Positions 48,924 to 57,021 of a stretch of DNA of 64,000 bases are shown here, piece after piece. The translations under genes were made by a program, and so were the position numbers. The DNA lies in assembly GCA_016182185.1 (NCBI GenBank), contig JACOXU010000001.1, forward strand, positions 338,915-402,914. The letters run 5' to 3'. Each line of letters opens with the position of its first letter. Position 1 is the first letter of the stretch. The DNA is from Candidatus Levyibacteriota bacterium (lineage in GTDB: Bacteria > Patescibacteriota > Microgenomatia > Levybacterales > UBA12049). The notes under the pieces are model-generated. The model was not told the origin of the DNA and made no database searches. It saw nothing but the letters and a program-made list of their open reading frames with translations.

Positions 48924-48952
48924 ATCGTGAATAATTTTAAAAAATTTGTCAA
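48924..48952 (-). promoter_or_regulatory. Putative sigma70 promoter for the poly-Lys micro-ORF
   Basis: TTGACA (48952-48947) - N17 - CACGAT (48929-48924). Confidence 0.5.
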
Positions 48953-49012
48953 GTAAAATACCTTGCTTCAAAATGATGATTTTAGGTTGAAATGACGGCA
49001 AAAATCACAATC

Positions 49013-50278
49013 TTATTTTTTGGGTTTTATTACTGTTTTTCCGATATATTTTTGTAAAATTTTTGGGACCATTACGCTTCCATCTTTTTCTTGATAATTT
49101 TCAAGAATAGCAATTATAGTCCTGCCAATTGCAAAAGCTGTACCGTTTAAAATATGCACAAATTTTTTCTCACTTTTATCTTGTACCTTAATATTTAATC
49201 TTCTTGCCTGAAAATCAGTAGTTGTTGAAATAGAATGAGTTTCTCTGTATCTTTTTTGTGAAGGGATCCATGTTTCTACATCAATAGTTTCTGCAGAGGG
49301 AAAACTCAAGTCGCCTGTCGCCAGTCTCACCAATTGATAAGAAAGGCCCAAATCCTGCATCATGCTTTCAACGAGTGCTTGTAATTTTTCTCGCTCCTTT
49401 CTGTCATCTTCAGGTTTTACAAATGAAACCATTTCAATTTTATCAAACTGATGGACCCTGAATATTCCTCTCGTATCTTTTCCGTAGGTCCCTGCTTCTC
49501 TTCTGAAACATGAAGAAAATATTACATATCTTTTAGGTAAATCTTTTTCAGAAAAGATTTCATCCTTGTGCATGGGGACTACTGAATGCTCCCCCGTACC
49601 TGCAAGATATAGATCTAAGGATTTAACTTGTTCGTTTTCTGAGAGTTCATAATCTCTGACAAAATAATAATTTTCATTCCCTCCTTGCTGCCAATAACCA
49701 AGCCCTTCTGTAATCTCTCTTTTTATTAGAACTGGTGGAATAAGAGGAATAAATCCTTCATCTCTTAGTTTTTCCATCACAAATTGAACTAGACCAAACT
49801 CAAGAAGAACGGCTTCATTTTTAAGATATCCGAATCGACTGCCTGAGACTTTTGCAGCTTTTGTTACATCAATAATATCTAATGATTCTCCAAGAGTTAA
49901 ATGGTCTCGCGGTTCAAAGTCAAATTTTTTAATCTCCCCTACTTTCTTAATGACTTCATTTCTTGATTCGTCACCGATGGGTACATCCTTAAGAGGTAAA
50001 TTGGGAATTTTCAGCAATAGCTCTTTTATTCGGTCTTCGAGAGATCTTAATTCATGTTCTTCTTTTTCTAGTTTTTCTTTGATCTTTTTTCCTTTTTCAA
50101 TATTTTTCTCTCTTGCCGCAACATTTCTTTCTTCTCTTAATTTTTGTACGGATAAGGAAAGTTCTTTTTGCTTGCTATCAGTTTCTAGAATATGTTTTAT
50201 ATCAACATCAGAACCTTTATTTCTGATTCCCTTTTGCACAGTCTCCCCGTTTTCCCTAATAAATTTGATATCTAGCAT
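49013..50278 (-). CDS. serS: Serine--tRNA ligase
   Basis: MLDIKFIREN, CFRREAG.YGKDTRG.FRVHQF.K.E, TDFQARRL, H.LNGT. Confidence 0.95.
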   Translation of the reverse strand: MLDIKFIRENGETVQKGIRNKGSDVDIKHILETDSKQKELSLSVQKLREERNVAAREKNIEKGKKIKEKLEKEEHELRSLEDRIKELLLKIPNLPLKDVPIGDESRNEVIKKVGEIKKFDFEPRDHLTLGESLDIIDVTKAAKVSGSRFGYLKNEAVLLEFGLVQFVMEKLRDEGFIPLIPPVLIKREITEGLGYWQQGGNENYYFVRDYELSENEQVKSLDLYLAGTGEHSVVPMHKDEIFSEKDLPKRYVIFSSCFRREAGTYGKDTRGIFRVHQFDKIEMVSFVKPEDDRKEREKLQALVESMMQDLGLSYQLVRLATGDLSFPSAETIDVETWIPSQKRYRETHSISTTTDFQARRLNIKVQDKSEKKFVHILNGTAFAIGRTIIAILENYQEKDGSVMVPKILQKYIGKTVIKPKK

Positions 50279-50289
50279 AAATTCACATC

Positions 50290-50907
50290 CTAAATCCTGA
50301 TTATTAATTCTCTTGTTATTATCGGTTTTAGCTTCTGGATTGCTTTATATCTATGATTATACAACTTTTGCTCATCAGCGGTTAGATCGTTTTCATGATA
50401 ATATTTTCTAATTTTAGGAAGATAAAAAAAACTGCGGTATGGGTATCCTTTGAGTAATTTAAGATGCGGTTTTTTGGCAATGATTCCCTTGACCTGGCCA
50501 TATGAACTCCAAACCTGACCGTTGGGCAGTGCAAAAGAAATAACGGTTTTGAAGAATGCTTCTCTTTTATTATCGGAAATTTTCAATGAGAGTTTTTTCA
50601 TGTGATCGATTATTTTTTCATCAGTGGAATTTTTTCCAATCCATCGCCTGCTTTTTACACCGGGCCCCCCTCCTAGTGCCGTAATTTCTATTCCTCCGTC
50701 ATCCGCAATTGCCGCAATTGCGGATTTTTTGGCATAAAAAATTGCCTTATTTCGTGAATTTTCTTTATATGTTTTTCCCTTTTCCTCAAATTCGTCTTCA
50801 ATGCCCATATCCGATAAGGAAAGTGTCTTTATCGGTAAGTCTGATAGAAATTGCGAAATTTCTTTCAGCTTACCTTGATTTCTTGTCGCAATAAGAAGTT
50901 TATTCAT
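50290..50907 (-). CDS. rdgB: Non-canonical purine NTP pyrophosphatase (RdgB/HAM1)
   Basis: ATRNQGK..E, E.G.T..EN...KA, ADD.G....AL.G.PGV.S.R, NHR..A. Confidence 0.85.
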   Translation of the reverse strand: MNKLLIATRNQGKLKEISQFLSDLPIKTLSLSDMGIEDEFEEKGKTYKENSRNKAIFYAKKSAIAAIADDGGIEITALGGGPGVKSRRWIGKNSTDEKIIDHMKKLSLKISDNKREAFFKTVISFALPNGQVWSSYGQVKGIIAKKPHLKLLKGYPYRSFFYLPKIRKYYHENDLTADEQKLYNHRYKAIQKLKPIITRELIIRI

Positions 50908-52397
50908 TAAGCAGAGGCGATCTCTTCAAAGCGTTTCTTTACCAGATTCTTATTCTCCAAAATCAGCCATGCTGCTTTTGGCCCGTGGTCTTTCCCAATG
51001 ATAGAAATATAAAGAGCCTGAAATGCCTCATTGGAGGAAAGATTTATCTCTTTTGCCCATTCATAAAGCTGCCTCTGAAATTCTTCAGCGCCCCATTCTT
51101 TTTCAAGCTCTCTGGAAACTTTTCCAAGAAACTCTTTTTGTTTGACGCCTAATTTTGCAACATCTTCTGGAATTTTTTCTTTGATCTCAAACTTAACCTC
51201 ATCGGATGCATATTTTTTAAGCCAGACTTTTACATAATTTGTCCATTCTTCAAGATTTTCTTTTTTAATCTGGTCTTCCATATTGGGCATTTGTACCCAT
51301 TGAGTAAGAATATTAAATCGTAATTTGGGAGGTTTTAAGTCAGTGTTTATCTGGGAAAAAATATAAGATCGCCTAAGATAATCCTCGTTTGACTGCGCTG
51401 CTTTTTGATAGTCATCATACAGTTTTGGAATAACATCTGTTTGATTTGGATTAAATTCAATTGCCTGATTCGGAGGCGTTTTGATCATAAGAAACCGGAT
51501 TAATTGAGGCGGTAAAACTTCGAGAAGCTCTTCTCCGGTAAGCCCCAATCCTTTTGATGAGGACATTTTCCTGCCGTCATAAAGAAAAAATTCGTAGGGG
51601 AGAGCAAGAGGAGGCTCTTTGCCGAAAACATCTTTGCAAATCTTTCTTGCCACATCATACGTACCGCCTGCTGAAGCATGATCTTTGCCGGCTGCCTCAA
51701 TGGTGACACCAAATGTCCACCATTTTGCCGCCCACTCAACCTTAAAAGGCATCGTGGCCTTTCCATCATATGGAGAAATTTTTCCGGTGAATTCACAACC
51801 TTTGGCCCATTTAACTTTATCGGGCTTACAGATAAAAGAAACTTCTTTCCCATCCCAATTGGTTACCTCTGTAGTACCAACTTTCCCGCAATGGGGACAA
51901 ACTATCTGAAGAGGGTACCAGTCCGCCAGCTGGCGGATTTCTTTCTTGTACATATTGGCATATACCTTACGGACTCCATCAGCATTATTTAAAACAAATT
52001 CAATTGCTTTATTGTAAACTCCTTTTTTATAATAATCAGAGGCCAGATATATATCGGCATCAATATCGAGCCGATCAAATAGGTCCCTCATCATGTTGCC
52101 GTAATAATCACCGAATGAACCCTTACCATCGGGACTTGGAGCATTACAGATAGGAATTCCCATATATTTCCCATGAGTTTTTTCGAGATGTTCCGGAAGT
52201 CCGTCGATTGCATCCATGTCGTCGAACCCGAAAGTGTAATTAACTTTCCTGTTTTTCTTCTTTAGAATTTTGAATAAAACATCATGAATAACAGGACCCT
52301 TTAAACCTCCCATGTGGACAATACCCGATGGCGTCCAGGCATCATTTATCCATTCCTCTCCGGTTCGACCTTCCAATAATTTATCCGCCCAAAACAT
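50907..52397 (-). CDS. lysS: Lysine--tRNA ligase, class I
   Basis: MFWAD, TPSG.VHMG (HIGH-like), CPHC, W..KW....V..E..GKDH, KMSSSKG, GPK. Confidence 0.92.
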   Translation of the reverse strand: MFWADKLLEGRTGEEWINDAWTPSGIVHMGGLKGPVIHDVLFKILKKKNRKVNYTFGFDDMDAIDGLPEHLEKTHGKYMGIPICNAPSPDGKGSFGDYYGNMMRDLFDRLDIDADIYLASDYYKKGVYNKAIEFVLNNADGVRKVYANMYKKEIRQLADWYPLQIVCPHCGKVGTTEVTNWDGKEVSFICKPDKVKWAKGCEFTGKISPYDGKATMPFKVEWAAKWWTFGVTIEAAGKDHASAGGTYDVARKICKDVFGKEPPLALPYEFFLYDGRKMSSSKGLGLTGEELLEVLPPQLIRFLMIKTPPNQAIEFNPNQTDVIPKLYDDYQKAAQSNEDYLRRSYIFSQINTDLKPPKLRFNILTQWVQMPNMEDQIKKENLEEWTNYVKVWLKKYASDEVKFEIKEKIPEDVAKLGVKQKEFLGKVSRELEKEWGAEEFQRQLYEWAKEINLSSNEAFQALYISIIGKDHGPKAAWLILENKNLVKKRFEEIASA

Positions 52398-52439
52398 AAG
52401 CTTATTATACAGCCTAAAATTTAAAAATGCAGTAAAATA

Positions 52440-53096
52440 TTACGAAGAAATTTGCGGATTCTTCCAAAGCATTACTATTCCGAAGTTTCGGCTTTGGGTA
52501 TCGGGTTCAAAATTGGGGATCACTTTTGCAATATAAAAACCTTGTCTCTCATAAAATCTTATTTCAGGATCATACGTATCGCCTTTCTCATTTTTAAGTT
52601 TCAAATATTCATCAGGAGAAATATCTCCATTTTGTCTGCAGTACGGATCGAAACCTGGAATTCTTGCTCCCAAATAAAGGTATTTTAGTCCCAACTTCTT
52701 CGTAAGCTCTATTTGAGACTGAACAAGCTTGCCTCCAATTCCCTGTCCTTGGGCATCTGCCGAAACTCCAACTGACACGACATACAATGCATTTCCGGAA
52801 GAATCATGAGTTTTTTCAATCATTCCGTTATCGGTTATTTCATCCCATGTACGAGTAGCTGAAGGGTCATAAGTGGTAATCAAAGATGTAGTTACTCCTT
52901 TTATCTGCCCACTAAATTTCAAAACAAAAAAACCATCCGGAAAAATTCTTAGTCTCGAGGCAAATTTTTCCTTTGTAGCCTGAAGTTCCGACGGCCATGC
53001 ACTTTTTTCAACGGAAATTACTTGCTCTAAAAAGTGGTCTTTATCGCTTCCTGAGATATTTTTTGCGGATTCAATCATTATTGAGTCTGTCATCAA
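52440..53096 (-). CDS. GNAT family N-acetyltransferase (YkwB-like)
   Basis: SRL..FPDG, TWDEITDNG....H...GN.LY..SV.V...QGQGIG, GARIPG, DP...FY...G. Confidence 0.8.
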   Translation of the reverse strand: MMTDSIMIESAKNISGSDKDHFLEQVISVEKSAWPSELQATKEKFASRLRIFPDGFFVLKFSGQIKGVTTSLITTYDPSATRTWDEITDNGMIEKTHDSSGNALYVVSVGVSADAQGQGIGGKLVQSQIELTKKLGLKYLYLGARIPGFDPYCRQNGDISPDEYLKLKNEKGDTYDPEIRFYERQGFYIAKVIPNFEPDTQSRNFGIVMLWKNPQISS

Positions 53097-53939
53097 TTAA
53101 TGCTGTTGATTTGAGGCTTTACCATTTTCATCTTCCAAGATTCCCCATACATTTCCTTCAGCATAAGTTGCTGTATTTTCTCCAACAATCCAAACACCGG
53201 TCTGACCGCATCTCCAAACATTTGGCCGCAACTGTCGCCATTTATCAGGAGTATAAGTTGATCTGTATTCGTTAAATTGTTCGATAGGTACATCTGGAAC
53301 CATCATCGCATAATCATCGACTCTTAGAATCATCATTCCATTTCTAGTAAGTGCCCTTAACCACGCATCTTTAGGCAAATTATCAGGTCTTTTTAAATGT
53401 GAGTATTGGGTAAAATTCGCTCGAGGATTATCATGACTATAGTCACCGAATTGACTAGGTCTAAAAGATCCCATTATATGCTTTATGTCAATAGTGCTTC
53501 TGAGTGTTTTTACTGCAGTAATGATATCTTGAGTAAAACCCTGCCCTTGAAACTCTGGATGAATATTGATAGACATCATTCCAACTGCATTTCCATCAGG
53601 AACAAAAGTTTTTTCATAAGTTGATGGAATTCCTGCCAATTCATCCCAAGTCGGTAGATTATCAGGATTCCCATCATAATTGAATCTATTAAGTGAAATG
53701 CTTGCTATCGGACGCTCACCTTTCCAAATTGCAAGCTGTCCCTCGGGAAAAACTTCTGCTCTTTTTGCCAAAGTTTCAGGATTTGCACGAAGCCAAGGTG
53801 CCCAATTCGGAACTTCAAGTTCTTCGTATATTTTTTGGGCTTCTTCGGGCTTATATGCTCTTAGTTCATATCCATTTTGGATATTATTCTCGGGTCCGAC
53901 TGGTGCTTCCATAGCTATCCTTTCTAGTCTTTGTGTCAT
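53097..53939 (-). CDS. GNAT-like protein, distant paralogue of its neighbour
   Basis: R...FPEGQ, TWDE, GN......I.IHPEFQGQG, RP, R.D..P.D.WLR....G. Confidence 0.7.
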   Translation of the reverse strand: MTQRLERIAMEAPVGPENNIQNGYELRAYKPEEAQKIYEELEVPNWAPWLRANPETLAKRAEVFPEGQLAIWKGERPIASISLNRFNYDGNPDNLPTWDELAGIPSTYEKTFVPDGNAVGMMSINIHPEFQGQGFTQDIITAVKTLRSTIDIKHIMGSFRPSQFGDYSHDNPRANFTQYSHLKRPDNLPKDAWLRALTRNGMMILRVDDYAMMVPDVPIEQFNEYRSTYTPDKWRQLRPNVWRCGQTGVWIVGENTATYAEGNVWGILEDENGKASNQQH

Positions 53940-53979
53940 AATTGTAGATTAATACCTAAAATAAAACAAGAATTCTTTA

Positions 53980-54057
53980 ATTGTATATAAAAACAGATAT
54001 TTGTCAATTTTTAGTAAATATTTACAAATTTAATAAAATATGTTAAAATTTTAACAT
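53980..54057. promoter_or_regulatory. Divergent promoters with palindromic operators
   Basis: (-) TTGACA 54007-54002 N16 TACAAT 53985-53980; (+) TTTACA 54021-54026 N17 TAAAAT 54044-54049; palindromes at 54014-54025 and 54040-54057. Confidence 0.6.
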
Positions 54058-54568
54058 GATTACTGTACCTGAGGCAACACAAACAATTATAAAAAGATCC
54101 AGATATCTTACCGAGGCAATTTCAAAAGGAATTATTAATAATTCTTCACTCGCCCGTTATATAAAACCCGAGATAGAAGAAATGCTGGTAAAAAAAGTGA
54201 GTATTTCTTCAATTATAATGGCGCTTAAGAGGGTGTCTTCAGAGATTAAGCCTAAATATTTTACTGGCAACGTTTTCAAAACTCCCCCGCAGATAATTGT
54301 TCATTCTAATTTGGATTCTAAAGAAACGAAAGGTCTTGGAACACAAGAATTCAAACTGAAAGACTTATCATCAATTACAATTAAGCTCCCCTACGAGGCA
54401 ATAAAAACACCAGGAATCCTTTATTTCTTTGTAAAATCTATTGCCTGGGAAGGGATAAATATAATAAAAGTTGAGACTTCTGCTTCCGGAATCTCTCTAA
54501 TTTTTGAGAAAAAGGATATAAACAGGGCATTCAGTATTATTCAATCTTTGTTCTCTAAATCTGTTTGA
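54056..54568 (+). CDS. ACT-domain putative regulator ('aspartate kinase'-annotated family)
   Basis: GIIN.SSLAR.I...I......V...SI.MAL.R N-terminal domain; LSSIT.KLP.....PG..Y.....AWEGINI ACT-like C-terminal domain. Confidence 0.7.
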   Translation: MITVPEATQTIIKRSRYLTEAISKGIINNSSLARYIKPEIEEMLVKKVSISSIIMALKRVSSEIKPKYFTGNVFKTPPQIIVHSNLDSKETKGLGTQEFKLKDLSSITIKLPYEAIKTPGILYFFVKSIAWEGINIIKVETSASGISLIFEKKDINRAFSIIQSLFSKSV

Positions 54569-54571
54569 AGA

Positions 54572-55039
54572 TTATTTAACGGAAACTATCGAGTAAACAA
54601 CTTTTCCTGCCGGGGCTTCTACCTCAATCTTCTCACCTACTTTTTTACCGATGAGAGCTTTCCCAAGAGGAGATTCATGAGATATTTTTTTCTCCTTGGG
54701 ATCTGCTTCCCATTCGCCAACCACAGTAAAAATTTCTTTCTTGCCTTTGATATTAAGGGTAACCGTTGATCCTAATTTCACTATTTTACCTGTTTTATGA
54801 TTTTCTTCTATAACAATTGCCTGTCTTAGGAGCTCTTCGAGTTCATCAATTCTTCCATCAATAAAAGAAAGCTCTTCCCTTGCTGCCACATATTCAGCGT
54901 TTTCTGAAAGATCCCCCATATCTCTTGCCTGAGAAACACGAGTCAGAATATCAGGGCGTTTAATTTTGGCAAGCTCCTCGTATTCTTTCTTAAGCTCAGA
55001 AAGCCCCTCGCGTGTTAAGTATATTTTTTTATCTGTCAT
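54572..55039 (-). CDS. greA: Transcription elongation factor GreA
   Basis: LT.EG..EL..E, AR..GDLSENAEY..A, IS.ESPLG.AL.G. Confidence 0.95.
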   Translation of the reverse strand: MTDKKIYLTREGLSELKKEYEELAKIKRPDILTRVSQARDMGDLSENAEYVAAREELSFIDGRIDELEELLRQAIVIEENHKTGKIVKLGSTVTLNIKGKKEIFTVVGEWEADPKEKKISHESPLGKALIGKKVGEKIEVEAPAGKVVYSIVSVK

Positions 55040-55050
55040 AATCTTTTCTT

Positions 55051-55090
55051 ATAAAACAAAATCCCTCGGTATATTTAAAAACTGAGGGAT
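55051..55090 (-). terminator. Terminator-like hairpin in the greA 5' leader
   Basis: ATCCCTCAGT/ACCGAGGGAT stem followed by TTTGTTTT on the minus strand; promoter TTGACA (55140-55135) N17 TATATT (55117-55112) upstream. Confidence 0.5.
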
Positions 55091-55136
55091 GATTTTCTTT
55101 AAAACAAAGCCAATATATAGGAAATTTGGCGCTTTG

Positions 55137-56153
55137 TCAATATCCTCTAGTAATAAATTTTGAGACAAGAGAATACGCTTTGTTTTTTATTTCTTCATCA
55201 ATTTTAATGTAAATAATTCCTTGATTTGGCTGCCCATAAAATACTGAAAACTTAAGAGGAGCCGCCAAAATAAGGGGCAGTACAGAAAGATCGTCTTCTC
55301 CCTTTATTTTAATAATGTAATTTTCATCACTATTCAATTCTCGAAATATTTGAGTAATTGCCAAAAAAAGTTCGGCCGTAATAGCACCTGCGGGGCTTTC
55401 AGCCTCAATAATTTTTTCCTTTCCAGAGAAACCGAGTTCAGCAATATCGGAAAATTTCTTCTTTCTTGCAACCTTAAAATCAATTATCGAAATGGTTGGT
55501 CTGACTCCAATATTATTGAAGGTTTTTGCTGTTTCGTCGCCGACCGCAGTTAGTCCAAAATTTTTTGGTAGTTTCTTTTCATCAATCTGAACAATTAGCT
55601 TTCCCCATGGATCTTTAAGTTTATCTCTTAAATCCTGAGGAAGAAATAAGGTTTTATTAAGCCAGGTTGGTTTTACATAAAGCTTTCCCCTTCTGTCTAT
55701 TTCGCCATTTCTTATTCTAAACGATGAGATTGGTTTTTTATCTTCTGCCAAAATCTGAGGAGAAATTATTATTTTAAATTGGTGCAACCCTCTTTTTATT
55801 CTTTCACCATTGATCTTTTCAGCGCCAGCTCTTGTATTTTTAGAAACTAAGATAGCATCTGCATAAAAATCCTTATCTAAAGTCGTGCCAAACATATCAT
55901 ATATTCTAATAATTTCGAATTTAGTCACTGCGATTTTATTTAAGAAATTCTCAACCGATTTTTTTCTTTCTCCATAAGATTCAATATTTTTTATTTTTGA
56001 TTTTTTATTTTTGATTTTTCCGACATAGGCATCACTTGTCACTCCCACGATTAATCTCCCGCTAATAGATAAACCATGCTTCAAAAAGCTCTCGTGTCCT
56101 TTATGAAAATGGTCAAATGTCCCTCCTAAGACAATTGTTTTAAATTTTTTCAT
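55137..56153 (-). CDS. Archaeal-type phosphopantetheine adenylyltransferase fused to DUF359 (GTP-dependent dephospho-CoA kinase)
   Basis: GGTFD.FHKGH, G.TSD, IN.ER...G, ISS.RIR.GEID; then LR..LK.P.G, VGD, GEDDL..LP, YGQP..G. Confidence 0.85.
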   Translation of the reverse strand: MKKFKTIVLGGTFDHFHKGHESFLKHGLSISGRLIVGVTSDAYVGKIKNKKSKIKNIESYGERKKSVENFLNKIAVTKFEIIRIYDMFGTTLDKDFYADAILVSKNTRAGAEKINGERIKRGLHQFKIIISPQILAEDKKPISSFRIRNGEIDRRGKLYVKPTWLNKTLFLPQDLRDKLKDPWGKLIVQIDEKKLPKNFGLTAVGDETAKTFNNIGVRPTISIIDFKVARKKKFSDIAELGFSGKEKIIEAESPAGAITAELFLAITQIFRELNSDENYIIKIKGEDDLSVLPLILAAPLKFSVFYGQPNQGIIYIKIDEEIKNKAYSLVSKFITRGY

Positions 56154-57021
56154 ATATTTTAAGTCTCTCTTCAAAACGCAAGATTGTCTGCTTATTATAA
56201 TCTATTGGATGAAACGCCAAAAGCGTATCAGATATTGTTTCGATGGTTTTATGTTTGTTTATAAAATAAAGCTGGATTTTTTTTGATATAAATTCAAGAT
56301 GCAGTAAGTGCAGAACAGAAACAAAAAGAAATGTAATAAAAGAGTCATTTTTACTTGGAACATCAACTCTTTTTCCTTTTAAGGAATTGGGTAAAAATCG
56401 AGCTATCCAAGTATTTGCTTTTAAAAACTGCTCATAAGTATTGTTTCTTTGAAAAACTGGCAGCATCTGAACGATCTCATGTGCTGAATATAGGTTTTGT
56501 CTTTTCTTGTTCAATGTCATTTGATCTTTAGAAACAAACATATTAAGACATATTTTATTATTTATATCGCTATCTTCTCTTTCCCGGTAGCTTCCCATAA
56601 GTTTTAAAATAAGTATTAAAAATATTCTACTGATCCATAAAGTATTTTCTTTTGTGATTATAAATAGGTCAATATCATCATTTTTATCTGCATTTTTCAT
56701 GGCAAGTGCTCCACTTATTCCAATAAGCAAAATGGTTGGAAAAAACGAAATTTTTTTTATGATGCTTTGGGCAATTTTTAATTTTGATTCACTCTCTTTT
56801 TCTCTCTGAATTCTTTTTTTAATTATGCTTTCCCGGCCCAAAAGGCAATAATAATTGCCTTTTAAGAAAGCATTGTAGTCAGTAGAATACAACAATTTAT
56901 TAAAGGAATTCTGACTTTTTTTTTTACCGATTAGAAATTCGTAAATTTCGTTTTTTTTGAGAGGATAGTCGAAAATATCACTATATACGAGAGTTTTGAA
57001 GATTGCATCCTTATTGCCCAT
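56140..57021 (-). CDS. Pol-beta-type nucleotidyltransferase-like protein
   Basis: TL.Y.DIFDYPL, GISGALA......DDIDLFII, CLN.F, LY.AHE. Confidence 0.7.
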   Translation of the reverse strand: MGNKDAIFKTLVYSDIFDYPLKKNEIYEFLIGKKKSQNSFNKLLYSTDYNAFLKGNYYCLLGRESIIKKRIQREKESESKLKIAQSIIKKISFFPTILLIGISGALAMKNADKNDDIDLFIITKENTLWISRIFLILILKLMGSYREREDSDINNKICLNMFVSKDQMTLNKKRQNLYSAHEIVQMLPVFQRNNTYEQFLKANTWIARFLPNSLKGKRVDVPSKNDSFITFLFVSVLHLLHLEFISKKIQLYFINKHKTIETISDTLLAFHPIDYNKQTILRFEERLKIYEKI

